A DNA stretch of 64,000 nt from Dimorphilus gyrociliatus (Eukaryota; Animalia; Annelida): assembly GCA_904063045.1 (NCBI GenBank), contig CAJFCJ010000007.1, positions 3,727,404-3,791,403 of the forward strand, read 5' to 3'. Numbering within the stretch: the first letter of the stretch is position 1; the number at the start of each line of letters is the position of its first letter. The notes beneath the pieces are model-generated. The model saw only the letters and a program-made list of their open reading frames with translations, was not told the DNA's origin and made no database searches. Shown here piece after piece: positions 20,801 through 34,559 of this stretch. A program made the translations under genes and the position numbers.

Positions 20801-22709
20801 CCAAGCGAAGAAGAGGTAAGATGAGAATTGTTGTTTTGGAAAGTTGAAACTATTCATTTGATTTTCTTTACTCTTTTATATAGAAACAAGCTTTAAGAAA
20901 CTGTGATTCTGCAGAATTGGCACAAGAAGATCAATTTTTAGCCGCGGTAAAAATTTTACTCCCTATTTATTTATTTTATATATAAGCCTATAGAGTACTG
21001 ACTAACCCAAGTGAATTGCCTCCGGTTTCCAGTTACTATAGATGTTAACATTTGAGAGTATCTGAAGGACGATAAGTTTTAATTATTTCTTATCATTACA
21101 GCTTCTCTCTATAAGTAGATTGGAGGCTAAGATAGCAATCATGCAATTCATGGCAGAGTTCCAGGAAACTTATGGTGAAAAATCAAGAATGCAACAAGAT
21201 TTTAACGCAGTTCTGTCCGTTTCATACAATCTTGTAAACTCCAAGAAATTCCGAGAATTATACGAGGTAGAGTTCTTATATTTATTTTAAAGCTACTTTA
21301 GATATTTTCCTATGAATGAAAAAGATACAAACTAAATAAAATTCCTTTCGTTATCAGTTTCTACTCGCCATAATTAACTACGTAAACTCGAAATCAAAAG
21401 GAGCTGTTTATGGATTTCAGTTAAGCTCCTTGGAAAAGATCGCAACTCATAAATCGAAAACAACCGACTATACTATGTTAATGTTTGTTGTTGAGCAGGC
21501 GAAAAAGGCTTCCCCACATCTGTTAACTTTCGCTGATGAATTAGGCAATATTGATCGAGCTCAGCACGGTTAGATTTTTAAAACACTAGTGTGAAACTGT
21601 CCTCTACTTTCTAACGAGTGATTTATTTATTTCACACAGCGTCTCTAAGTTATCAAGATGAGTTAGCCAGATTGAAACAGATGATGGCCAATACTAAAAG
21701 GGAAATAGAAAATACCGATGGGAAACACATTAATATTTTAAATAAATTCGTCAATAATTCAGAAAGGGTTATGAATAAAGTTCTATCGGACTATAATGCC
21801 GCATCGGTATGTTATAATTAATAAATAACAATAAATAATAATTATTCATATTTGCTTTATAATTCAGAAACAATTTGAAGAAGCTGTGACGTACTTTGGC
21901 GAAGATCCTCAAAGGACCAAACCGTCAGAATTCTTTTCTCATTTCGTTCGATTTATTCAGAATTTTAAGGTTTGCTAATTGCTATTAGTTAATTACTTGT
22001 GTCTTTACTTCAATTTTTAATAACAGAGCGCTCGAATAGCTTTGGATAATCTAAAGAAGAAGAAAGAAAGTAAAGCTTCGGTTAGTAGTTATATTTACAT
22101 GTTAATCACAAGATTTTTCTCTTTTAACTTTTTATTAACTGCTTAAACTTACTTTTAATTTACAAAAAAAGCAACTATCGTTTGATTAAGTCATCCTAAT
22201 AAGTTAACTTTAAAAATCTCGTAAAATTAGCAGGAGTCATCGACCTTGACATGTGATGATAAATCTGTGTTACATTCCCCCACTCCACAAAAGGTATTGA
22301 GTAGAGTCTTGCTAAGCGGCTGAATTACTTTTCTTGATATGCTTTAGGCGTATAAAGTTGGGCATGCAATTTCTCGATTGTCCTTAAAAATAAGCGGGTT
22401 TTAACGTTGTCAACGTCATTTTCTTTACAGAGAAACGTTGTAGATGAAATGAAGAATAGGAATCGTTTACGACAACGAGATATGAAGGAGAATATGCAGT
22501 ACGGGGTTATCGATCAAATTTCATCCGGTAAGAGATGTTATTGTTTATCGTAAACTTGTTATAATAAAAAAATACAAACTTAACCGGAAATATACTTATA
22601 ATATTTAGAAACAAGGGAACCGTTCTACCGAGGACCACCAACAAAAAACCCAAAAGCTATGAACTCGGAGATGTATGAGAAACTGCAACAACATATAATG
22701 GGAAAATGA
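16755..22709 (+). CDS. FMNL: Formin-like protein (FMNL family): GBD/FH3, FH1, FH2 and C-terminal DAD region
   Basis: KELEICLRTY..WVSQFLDRDQGLCILIDF and EDDVYWCVKCIRAIMN..AKSLVLEVL match the FMNL GBD/FH3. Poly-Pro FH1 at about 20215-20310. FH2 from about 20440 to 22080. Ends PFYRGPP..HIMGK-stop at 22709. Confidence 0.93.
17775..17824. repeat. (AT)25 microsatellite in FMNL intron
   Basis: Perfect AT dinucleotide run of 50 bp. Confidence 0.95.
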
Positions 22710-23128
22710 TTATTAAATTCTTTTTCTTTATTTTTTTTTCTATACGCGTCGTTCTTCCTGCATGTAGATCTATATTTAAGTTCTATTTTTATGTGTATAT
22801 TTACTATATAGTATATATACAGATATATACTGTATATAGTGTATATGCATGTATCCATGTATATTACTTTGAAAAAGATACTTCTTGATCAAAAGATAAA
22901 AATAAATTTTAACAAACTCGACGAAATGAAATTATCAATAAATTTGAATTTAATTTTCGATATAAATGTATATTTTTCTGTATATATGACTAACATGATG
23001 ATTTTGAAATATGCGCTGAAAAATTCTATAATGTAAACTGGTATTTCGTATTCCTACATGAATATTTCGCGTTTGTAATTGGAAGAGGAGAATAAGGGGA
23101 TCGTTCAAGCATTATATTAATAACACTA

Positions 23129-26100
23129 ATGGAAAGGCTAGAGAACTTCATTTTGCGGCTCAGCGAAATGGGCTTTGACGTGAATGACTCCCGCGAAGCT
23201 TGGCAGAATGGTATACTTACAGTTCAGGACGCTATAGATTGGTAGAAATAAAATTTCTAGGCTGTTGCGTAATCTAATATATAACATTTATCCGAATAGG
23301 ATACTCTCTGGCAAACCAAGACGAATTCAACAGTCAGCTACTGCAACATTAAAGCTAGGCCAGAATAGTGGGAGTCTAAATGAGGAATGTAATCCTTTTT
23401 CAGAGGCAGCTGCCAAGCCAGTCCCAAATACAGAGACATTTGATAATACTAAGATGGACTCCGAAGAAGAGGCCTTGGAAAGTCGCATGCATTTAAATGA
23501 TGAACAGAGAAAAATCAAAGAACGCTTTGAAGAAAAACAACGCCTCGAAGCCCGTAAGAAGATTGTTGAGGAAAAACGAAATAAAAGATTAGTAAGTATG
23601 CTCAATAAAAAAATCATTTCTCATCCAAAATAAGTTTAGCTTATCTTTAATCGAGTAAATTTATCAAATTTTACAACGATAGGCTTACAACCAGTATTAA
23701 CCATTAGCCAGACGATTACATAAAAAGCCTGAACACAGAAAATTTACAAATCAGTATAGTTTATATACTGTTTAAGTTATAGGCAACAACATTTTAATAT
23801 ATTTAATTTTGTCCTTTTATCCTGAATTTTCGCTTTCGGCAGCATAACAACTTTAACAGCTTCCTTAAAGACAGTATTTATATTCGTTTTCGCTCTAGCT
23901 GAGCATTCTATATATTGTTCTGCTTGTATCTTATTTTGTAAACTTAAAGCCTGCGAAAAAGAGTCGTTACAGATAATAGTGTTATTAGAGTAACAAAAAT
24001 ATAAAAATTGTTAAAGCTTCGTTATCCCCCCTTAAGAAAGGATATATCCTAAAGCAATCTAGAAATGTATATTGCTTGTAAAAATATCTATCAAGTAGAT
24101 ACTTATATACTGCTACTAAAATTATAGTTGAACAATATATCGGGTCATATTATAACATATATATATATAAATTTATATATATATATGTGTAATGTATAAT
24201 TCAATATTCTATAAATATAGCGATAGTTTAGGGATGAAAAAGGATGAAAGAAAAGTAACCTCATAAGGTTTTATACATTTAGCATTGGGTGAATCCCGTA
24301 AATCGGCTTTAGTACCAATTAATATAATTGGCACATCTGGATTATTCCGTCTAATTTCTGGATGCCATACATTGATAATATTCTCATAAGAATTCGGGTT
24401 GTCGAGAGCAAAACATATGAGAAATATGTCCTAGTGGGTTGTAAGCAAAGATATAATCAAATTTGAAACGATTTCGGTGTAAAAGTCAACCATTAACTTG
24501 AATTAATTACAGCTAAGCACTATCTATTTTATTATAAGTACCGTTCCGGGATAATTAGTAGTCCTCGTCCTGTCTAACTCTGTACTACCACTAGAATCCC
24601 ATAATCCGATATTGACGTGTTTATTTTCAAAGATAATGTTAGAAGAATAATTGTCAACTCTGTCAATGTAGTATTAAACAGTTATGTTGAAATATCAACT
24701 AGCTTATCTACTTACGCAGTCGGCATATATTCTTTAGGAAACGTATTGGAAGTAAAGCAAATAAGTAGAGATGTCTTTCCGACAGCTCTATAGACAAAAA
24801 CAAATAGCATATAAATCTTTTAAGTATATTTGCTTTTTATATATATTTTTCTTTTATTTTTCCTATATCTATTTTTATAAATACATATATATATATATAT
24901 ATTTATATATTATAAATAACTATTGATCTTACGAGTCTCCTACGACCATACATTTGATGGTTTTCATAATCCTCAGAAATTTTCTATTCCGACGATGTGT
25001 TATTAAATCGAATCTACTTTGTTCATGTCCTGCTTGCCAAATACTAAGACAGGCCAATTTTGTCTACTATATATATACATACTATATATACATTTTCACT
25101 TAAACATATTATATATATATTTGTCATTGGTAGTATTATATACCTTATGCATACATTTATCCATCTACGTAGACATCTCCTATATATATATATGTATAAA
25201 TTATATATATATATAAATAGCTAAGTATCTGTTTATACTTCTTTTAAGAAAAACAATTTTGTTATGTTTATAAAAATAACAGGAAAGAGAAAGAATTAAA
25301 AGACAGATTGATGAAGATCGTCAAAGAAAGAAAGAATTGGCTAAAAGTCCGCCTTCTACATCCTCTGTACCACCTCCGCAGCCATGCGTTCAAACCGATA
25401 CAAATAAATCAAAGTCGGCAACTTCTACTATTCAGATACGCTTTCCAGACAACACTGTCAAAAGGGAAACATTTGACAAGGATGCTATATTTCGCGAAGT
25501 TATTAGAACTGTTGAAAGATTGGGCTTTTCATCTAGCGACCATAGTCTAGTGCAGGTTCTATTTCTTTAGATTGCACCTTTAGTAAAGCTTAATAGGTGC
25601 TTGGTACATTGGTTTTTTTTTATTAGCCTTTTCCGAGGAAAGAATTCGAATCCAGTGATCAAAGTAAAACCTTAATTGAACTAGGTCTCTATCCAAATGG
25701 TTCTCTTGTTCTTACGAAAGTTTCACGAAATGAAACGAAACAAGCTGTCGTAACTACAGGTGCATTCTGTTCTATATCAAATTTAATTGATTCACCAAGC
25801 CTATTTATTGTTTAAACATCTTATAGTTCAGAGTATGGAAACCGAACAGGAACAGCATGAAGAACAAGGTCAGGTGCCAGAATTCGAAAATTATCCTGCT
25901 AATGATGAACAAGCGAATAATGATGAGATGTTGGACGATATAGTCAATCCTGGAGTTAATATTGGTCATTTTGTTCAGTATAACTGGGGGGAGGGTCACG
26001 TTTTAAATTCAGGTGGTCAAATTTCGAACCCTGAGCAAACTGCTTTGCAAAGAGCAGGTAAATAGAAAATGAGACATTTTCCTTAAATAATTCATATTCT

Positions 26101-29100
26101 TTACTCTTAAATATAAGCCATTGCTGCTGAAAGTCGCTCGACTATACATCCCCCACCGAGCTGTTTAGCCCGTCCAAAGAAGTTATTTTATCAGCCAATA
26201 AGCTATCAAAAATTGTTAATAAGGACAATTTGCAAGAGATTGGTGGAAAATTATGCTTCTGTATATTCTTTACAGGTAACAATTACTTGAGTACTTGACG
26301 TTTTTAATTAGATTTTTTTTGTTAGAATCTTCCTCCAGCTTTGGCCTCGAGTCTTATCGAAGAATTAAAATCAAAAAACTTACTTAGAGCTAAAATACTG
26401 CAGAAATTCGTTCCTTGGTAATATAATATGATAAAAAAATAGATCAAAGTTATCGCTTTTTTTATCGATTACTACTTTAAATAAGTAAATTATATACACT
26501 GTATTAATCGTTTCTTTTTTTATGTAGTCGGTTAACAGAATTGAATTTGGAATGCTACGCTTATTTGACCAACGAATTATTGCAGTCGTTAAAGTAAGCA
26601 TCAACAAACATTGTACTAAACTGTTCCTTTCTAGCTCTCATACTATCTGCATCTATTCCACTTTTCTCTCTCCCTCGTTTCCTATCTTTTTTCTTTAAGC
26701 TTTTCTACTTTCTTTAGCTCACCTATCTACTTTATTTTTGTTATTTTTTATATTCAAAGTATTTTTCACCTTTCCATCTCTTGTTATTTATAGATATCAC
26801 GTCCACCTGGAAATATTGAACCTTAATTCAGGAGCTTATATGACTGATGTGGGGTTACAAGTCCTTTCATGTAAATATTAATTTATGTAGCATTTTCTCT
26901 CATATATTTCCAAGTATTTTTCTCTTTCAATTGTTTTTTAATAAAGTTGCTTTATCTCAGATTTGAAACATCTGCGTTCGTTAAGCATTGCTAACAATAA
27001 ACAAATTACTGACGGCTTCGTTCCAACTCTAAAAAGTATAGTAAAAATCGAAATAACAAGTTTATCCTTAACTGATTACTACCTACATTTGTATTTATCA
27101 AAGTAGATTTTACCCAATTAGAAAGCTTGAATGTTGAGGGTACATCCATCTCTGATGTTGGTGTGGAACAAATGGCGGGATTTGGTTTACGAGCTCTGAG
27201 GGAATTGAATATGGCCCGCACGAACGTCACTGAAGAATGTCTTCAATTGGTTGCTACAGGTTTTTATCAAATACTTTTACTTTTACTGTTATCACGTCAT
27301 TTTTTATTGTCTTAACTTATTTTTCGCTTCTCCGAAACTAGGTTTAACTGCGGTTACATCTCTTAACGTTGAAGGCACTAAGGTGAATGCGTTGTGGGGT
27401 ACAGCGGAAATGGCGGAACGTTTAGAAGATTTAAAGTTATTATTACACAATAGCTACCTTTATTAATATTATTATTGTTATAAGTTTTTAGCGAGTTAGG
27501 TATATTATCTTATATTCCCAATAGTATATCGAATTGCGCCGTTAGTACGGATTCTCTTCAGCATCTGAAGCAATGCGGACATTTGATTTCATTGAATTTG
27601 CGGGGGACCAACATCAAAACAGAAGTGGGCCTTAACCATTTGAAAGGCAAGTAAACAATAAAAGTTTCGGGGCGTGAGATTCTTCTCTGGAATAGAATAT
27701 ATTTAGGTTCAATTTTCAGATCTACCTCGACTGGAACGATTAGAGTTACCAAACAGATTAGCTCTTACTTCGCACTCTTTACAAACACTGACGGGTAAGT
27801 AAATTTCACCTTAGTGTTTATTCTAAATTGAAGTTTCCGATAAAATTCGACCCCGTTCGTTGCTTGTCGATCAATTACCAGCCTTTTTTCTCCTTCACTT
27901 TCAGGCAGGAAAGCTGTTGCAAGTTACCTTTCCTTGAAAATATTTGCTATATTCCAATTTATAGTTTTTTATATTGATTTCAATTTAATTTTCTCCGTAG
28001 GTCTACCTTTGAAGGAATTGGACTTAACAAATTGCAATCATCTAGATGATTCTGCAATGGTATACATTGCTGAAATGACTTCTCTACGGATATTGCGGCT
28101 TAGCAATGTAAAAGTGACGACAGCCGGATTATCATTGATCAAAGGTAATACATATATACAAACGACGATGGAAGCCTACATTTATATATTTATTCATATA
28201 AATGTATATGTCTAAGTTATCTATCTATTTATTTATTTATTTATGATTAGGTAATTCAAAATGTTAAATAAATAGTAAGTTTTTATTAAACAGGTTTAAA
28301 GAAGCTCAGGGAGTTGGACTTGAACCGAACTCTAATCGACGACGAATCGGCGAAGGTTATCGGAGGTTAGTTCTTGTTTATTTTCAAATTGCGGTTGGGA
28401 AAATATTTGGACCGTGATAAATCCGTTGACTGATGACGTCTGATTCGACTGCCGAGTGACGGCATGGTATTCCTGGAAAAAAAACGAGTATAATATGAGC
28501 GGCTCTCATAGAATAAATAAAAGAGAAAAAATTAAGAGGAATGTCGACAATTGTATCGGTATCAGTCTTTGTCGAACCCGCCCACTAGCGCAAAAGTGAA
28601 TTAAAGTGGGCGAGGAAGGAACAGTTACATAGTCTTTGATGGATCGCCATTCGGCCGTATAATGAAGAGGCTATAATGCGACTGGACAGAAGCTTCTTTT
28701 CATTCCTCTCTTTTCTATCTCCTCCCACTTGCACTCATTCTGTGACTATCACCATATGATACATCTAACTGGTCATTTGATTGATAGTCTTGTACAGATA
28801 TTATCCCGTTGAACATCGTGTTTTTTCTTGAGTGCTTTTATTTTTATGTTTTCGTTTTATTAGTTTTGCATTAATCGTTCGACTTCCATTCGTTCCGCCA
28901 CAGAATTGCCAGATCTCACGCAGCTGAACGTTTCATCGACCGCAATTACGGACAAATTCCTGGACAGTTGTAGCATCAACAACTGCTATGGACTAACGAA
29001 GCTTAACATGAGCAAAACTTTTATTACTAAAGATGGACTATCCAAGCTTGCTCTACCTTATTTAAAGCACCTAAAAGTGGATGGTGAACAGAACGGCGTC

Positions 29101-29181
29101 GAAGTACGTTTGCAGCAATGTCCTAATTTACAGGGCGTTATTGTGATAAATGCGAAAACGGACGACGAAGTGGATGATTAA
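23129..29181 (+). CDS. UBA - coiled-coil - UBX - SHP-box - leucine-rich-repeat protein (putative p97/Cdc48 cofactor)
   Basis: N-terminal [22 protein letters not shown] (UBA). [38 protein letters not shown] resembles an SHP box. Many RNI/AMN1-like LRR exons ([42 protein letters not shown]). Stop at 29181. Confidence 0.85.
23777..24967 (-). CDS. Atypical Rac/RhoH-like Rho GTPase, 189 aa, nested antisense in intron 23592-25282 of the UBX-LRR gene
   Basis: Exons 24967-24933, 24787-24716, 24659-24542, 24430-24260 and 23950-23777 total 570 nt in an open frame. Motifs: GDSAVGKT, EYMPTAVDNY, WDSSGS, GTKAD, IECSA, C-terminal CaaX KCCCL. Confidence 0.93.
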
Positions 29182-30965
29182 TTATACGGTCGACTCTAGA
29201 CCCCCCCTTCTTTACTCTCTCGTCGTTCCAGCTCTCTCTCTCTCTCTCTCTCTCCTCACTCTGTTTCTCCTCTTCTCTTCCTGTTACCTACATAATATTT
29301 CAACAACTTTCTAGTTGCTTGTTTTACTTTTTTTTTTAATTCATTGGAATTTTGTTCGTTTTCTTTTAAATATTGACGCCTGCGTTCTCTTCGTAGTGGA
29401 CGAGTAAAACAGGTGTTTCGTATCGGCTTTTTTTTCGTTCTAAAGCCGCTTTAAAAATCAACGGACTGTGATTGATAGACGAGAGGGGTTTTAAGAAGAG
29501 TATTTAAAGACCTTTTGAAGAGAATTTCGACCGACAGTTGTGTAATTTCAATGGTATTATCATAAAAATCCTATACGAATGTTATCCTCGAGGATTTGCG
29601 TCGCGCGAATAAAATGGTATTTTATGTGAAATTGCTTTTTCTCTCTCTTTTTCTGTTTTATTCTTGTACTTTTCATGAAATATTTACGGGACGGCAAACT
29701 AATGCAAACATTTGAGTAAAGTTACACGCAGAGTTTCGTTTATATGTTTAGCAGCGGTTTTTTGATGTAAGGAGAATGTAGCTTTCCAGATCAATCATTT
29801 CCTACAGTTTTTTCCCAATCCCGTAGGAATAGACGCTCAAAGCGCGTCACGTTCTGTTCAATAATCGTTTTCTTTATCTAAGATATTCGTAATCCTATAT
29901 CGTATAAGGATCCTACGTATAATTTACATTGCATAAATATACTTTACTTGGATATTGGATAAAACAACTTGTTATTAATTTCATAAATATTAAAATAAGA
30001 TTATTAAGAAGAGACTCGGAAGCTTCTCGCATTTGTAATTATTTTAATATGTTCTCTTCCTACTCTTTTCAACTTCATCATTACACCCCCCTCTATTGAA
30101 ACCCTCTTCTTCGCTGACTCCCGAAGCGATTAGAATATGAATCGTCACGTGACTAGATGGTAGGCCACCGATTGGCTAAGCTGTCAGGAGGAGAGCGGTG
30201 ATCGCTCTCATTTTTTACAATATTTTTCGTGCCGCCAGACCCGTCGGATATCGAGGATATCGGCCTGCTTCATTCTTTTCTGATACTTTTTTAATCGAGC
30301 CTTCCTGCTCGAGAAGGAAGGAATAGTTTTTCTTTCTCCGAGAGAATAGAGAAGATAATAAGGAAAAGATTGAGAGAAGACGGTAAAAGGTGCAAAAACG
30401 GAGATAATCTTAGCGGGAGAAAAAAAAGGAAAGTGAAAGCAATTTTTTCAGATATAATATTCTTACCTTAAATTTTTTAGGTAAATATATATATAAAGTA
30501 GGTATTGTAGACACTCTTCTTGTTTGTATTGACCAACTGCAATGAGAAAGGGCGAGAATTGTTGACTTTTTATTATTGAAGCGGATTATCCCTTGATTTT
30601 TTTCGCGTTAATCTCCTCTTCCTAAGGAGAAAACAGCGACATTTCGCTGAGGTTAATACAACTTGACCGTCGATGAAACGTCTCTACAGCAAAGAGTATG
30701 GAAATGTCAGGAAATATCTTAGATATTCTCCGTCAGTTTTTTACTATCTCGCCCTAATAGATTCTTTTTAGAGTTTTAGATTCAAATTGTTGCTTTAAAA
30801 CAACTTTCTCTTTCATTTCTTTACCTGATTTATTACTTATATTAAAGTTATTTATTTAATAAATTAATAATAGTTAATGATAAGTCGCTCTATCCGTTCT
30901 CTTTGAACAGGACGAATAACCGTGAAGAGAGGAGAGGATGATTAAACTAGAGGTTTCGGAAAGCT

Positions 30966-33917
30966 ATGGACAATAGCCTCAATCTTTTATGGCGAATCCT
31001 CTTAGTCTTTGTGTTGACAGGTAAGAGTTAGCAAGAAAAAACTGTTAAAAATTGTCATCTATTTTTTCCTCGTAAAAGTGGAAAGCTCGGCTTGAGTGAT
31101 GTTATTAGACGATTATTTTTTTGTTATCATTCCTACATTACAGCTCATCGGCTTCTATATTTATCCAAAAGTGTATATTGTATAATGACTTCTTTATAAT
31201 TACTTACGCAGCGTCAAACGGCAGCAACGGGGACGAAATGGAATACAAACTAATGAGAGACCTTTTCCGCAACTACGACCGGCGCATTCGACCGTCTAAG
31301 AACGCCTCCGACCCTTTAAACGTGACTTTTGGCTTGAGTCTAGCACAAATTATAGACGTTGTAAGTTGTTTTGTTCATTGCCGCAGACGCGCGAGTACAT
31401 TTTCCTGCAAGGTATCACCTCCATTCTAACATATAACAAACAGCTTTTCACTATAAATCCCTATTAGAGCTAAGAGAGCAAAGTAAATATTTTGTTTGTC
31501 AAATTTCTCTGACCGTCTTTTAAGTTGTTTATATAAGATAGTAAAGTGAGAATGAGTACAGATAATATCTTTTCTATATAGAGAATTATGATTTTCAATA
31601 CTGAAAGATAAAGAGAAACTTCCTTTTTGCAGTATAAAAAATCTATAAGAAAAAGTTTAGATATTTTTCCTTTCTACTGTTTTTTTCCATTCTTTTTTGG
31701 CTTTTTCTTCTTTTTCGCTACCCGTTCGTTACCCAATGCCCAACTCTGTAACGTAATCTGATCATTAAAGCGCGCTATCTGACCGCTCGACTGAACTTAT
31801 CTGTATTAAAAAGGAGAATACGGTTCGTTGCAGGATGAAAAGAATCAAATCATTACGACTAACAGCTGGCTTAATCAGGTGACTATATATATACCAATCG
31901 TTTATTTCTTTTGACTACTTATCCTATTCCAATTTGGCTATATAGAATTGGATAGATAACAAATTAACATGGAATCCAAACGACTATGGTGGTATCAAAG
32001 TAATCCGTATTCCTTACGACGCTATTTGGAGACCCGATATTCTACTTTATAACAAGTTAGTAAATCTATACATTTAGACGCCCTAAAGCAAATAGCTACT
32101 AAAATAAGTAAATAATAATAAACGTCAAAGAAGTAAGATGTATACATAGATTCATCAAGTCTATCCTTTTCTAATCATCCTGTTTATCTTTCTCTGATTC
32201 CCATTTCAATCCATACTCAGTGCTGATGTTTCGGCTCAAAAATCTTCCATTAGTACGAATGTGATAGTGGATCATTTCGGAAATGTCACGTGGCTGTCGA
32301 TGGTGATTTTCAAAAGTTCCTGCGCAATCAACGTCAAGTATTTTCCGTTTGACGAGCAGAATTGCAGTATGCTTTTTTCATCTTGGACGTACGACGGATT
32401 TCAGGTAGAAACTTTTATTGTTTCCCAAACGAGTACACATTCTTTACAATCAATTAATTATATTCCTCAGGTGAATTTAATGAAAGTAGGAGACGACGGC
32501 GACGAAAGTAACTATATACGGAATAGCGAATGGACACTGGTGAAATTACACGCTAAGCGCAATGTCGTTAAAGTACATATAAATAAATATTGTAATACAC
32601 TCACCTTAAGCAATCCTAGGCGTCTCTTTTTTTTTTTTCATTTTCAACCTTTAACAAATTTTTTAAACCTTGAAATAGTATAGAATTTCAAAGATTTATA
32701 ACAAAGGAAACTATCAATTCCCTTTTTTTTCTCCCTATTATTCCAGTATTCCTGTTGCGAAGAACCGTATCCGGACGTAACTTATAAGATTCAAATGAGA
32801 AGGAAACCGTTATTTTACGTTTTTAACATGATCATGCCTTGCATGCTGATCACGCTCGTTGCTTTACTCGGCTTCTATATTCCATCTGATTCTGGTGAGA
32901 AGGTGACTATGGGAATTACTACACTATTATCAATGACGGTACGCATTTATTCGTTTGTCAAGTTGATTAGTTTATTTTTCAAAGAACATTATATAATATT
33001 TAACAACAGGTCTTCCTTATGCTAGTCACGGAGAGTATGCCACCTACTTCTGACGTTTTACCACTTATTGGAATGTACTATGGGATAACGATTGCCATAG
33101 TATCTTTAGCAACTGCAATGACTGTATTAACTTTGAATATACATCATAAGGGTATCCGCGGTAGAGAAGTGCCAAATATCATAAAGAAGATCTTCTTTAG
33201 CGTTTTCGCCAGATTACTCTGCATTCAATTGGAAACACCGGAAAAATACGTCGAAAGCGATATTGTATATAAAAATATGTGAATTATGCTGTATTCGATT
33301 GACGTCTTTATTGTCTTGTATTTCAGCTGCAATATCCGGCAGAGAGTAACGTCGACGACTGCTCCGGCCGGTCCAGCTATATCAAGTTGAAGCGATCGAA
33401 TCAGGGTTGTTCCATGGTCGATAATAACATGAGTATGACTCGAATGTCAGTTCTGGTATAAAGTTTTTTCTTAGCTATGATCAATATCATGTTCTAATAT
33501 TTCAATTTTCCTCCCTTTACATTGTACACCTCTTCTCTCGTTCTTTTCTTAAAGGACTTTGTACCGCAAAGGCAAACTATCACTCGGGATACTTTTGATG
33601 CCGATCGTTTACCAGAGAATGGTGGAGTTTCGCCTAGATTTCTTCGCCGTCTAAGACAAACACCCCAAAATTCTTCACCCCAAAGTTTGGATAATCTAGA
33701 ACGTCAATTTATGCGTGTACTGCAAAAGGTTCAACAAACTATAGAGAAGAACGAAATACGTTTGGCTGAGCAGGATAGGCGTGATATCATAAAGCTCGAA
33801 TGGCAACAGGTGGCGCTGGTCGTCGATAGGATACTTTTATATATCTTCGTTTTTCTGACTATCGGCGTTACTTTGTGTATTATGTTCCAAGCCCCTTTGT
33901 CTCTCGACTGGTTATGA
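30966..33917 (+). CDS. Nicotinic acetylcholine receptor alpha subunit (alpha7/alpha9-like, cation-selective M2)
   Basis: Signal peptide exon. Loop [10 protein letters not shown], Cys-loop [15 protein letters not shown], loop B SWTY, loop C YSCCEEPY with vicinal Cys. M2 [23 protein letters not shown] and M4 VDRILLYIF. Confidence 0.96.
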
Positions 33918-34292
33918 AGCATATTTCTAAAAACGTTCTTTTCTTTCTAGAAGCACAACGTATATATTTAAAAAAAAACATAACAAAGAACAAAAAAATA
34001 CCAGTGAAAATCTTTTGTCCTATATGCAACAACAAAAAATATCTATCATTTTTTCTCTTTTATTTCTCCAAATTCCCTCTTCCTATTATATTCCTACATT
34101 AATATTTTTTTCCTCTATCTTTCTTACACTTTCGTCTTTTTTCTTCAGCTTGACATGCAAACATATATACAAACTATAACACTCGCACAAGTTCATACCC
34201 TATTCACTTACTCTGTTTATTTCATTCTCTTTTTTCTCTCCTCTCTTACACACCCCCTCCCTCCTATCCCCTCCTTCCTCATTTCCCTCATT

Positions 34293-34366
34293 TCTCTCTC
34301 TCTCTCTCTCTCTTCCCGTCTCTCACCCACCCACCCACGCATACACACACACACACACACACACAC
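34293..34366. repeat. Compound (TC)10 ... (AC)12 microsatellite
   Basis: TC run 34293-34312 and AC run 34343-34366. Confidence 0.9.
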
Positions 34367-34559
34367 GTACAAACACGAATTGTCTCTTGTATTATGATAC
34401 GTTACAACATTCTCAATGACTATATATAATTTATTAAAAAAAGGTATCTATTAATAGTTTTATATTCATTGTGTACTATAGTAGGCCTATAAAGAAAAGT
34501 TTATATACAGTCGTAAAAAGCGTCGTTTTCTTCTTAAGTTTTCTTTAGATCTTTTCACT

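Noticed and set aside
22625-25216. Ile/Tyr-rich ORFs (YIYIYI), also at 38167, 49001 and 62341-62877
   Set aside because: Translations of TA-rich intronic or intergenic low-complexity sequence.
32795-33020. Anion-selective invertebrate nAChR
   Set aside because: M2 has GEK (E-1') and E20' with no Pro insertion, the standard cation-selective signature.
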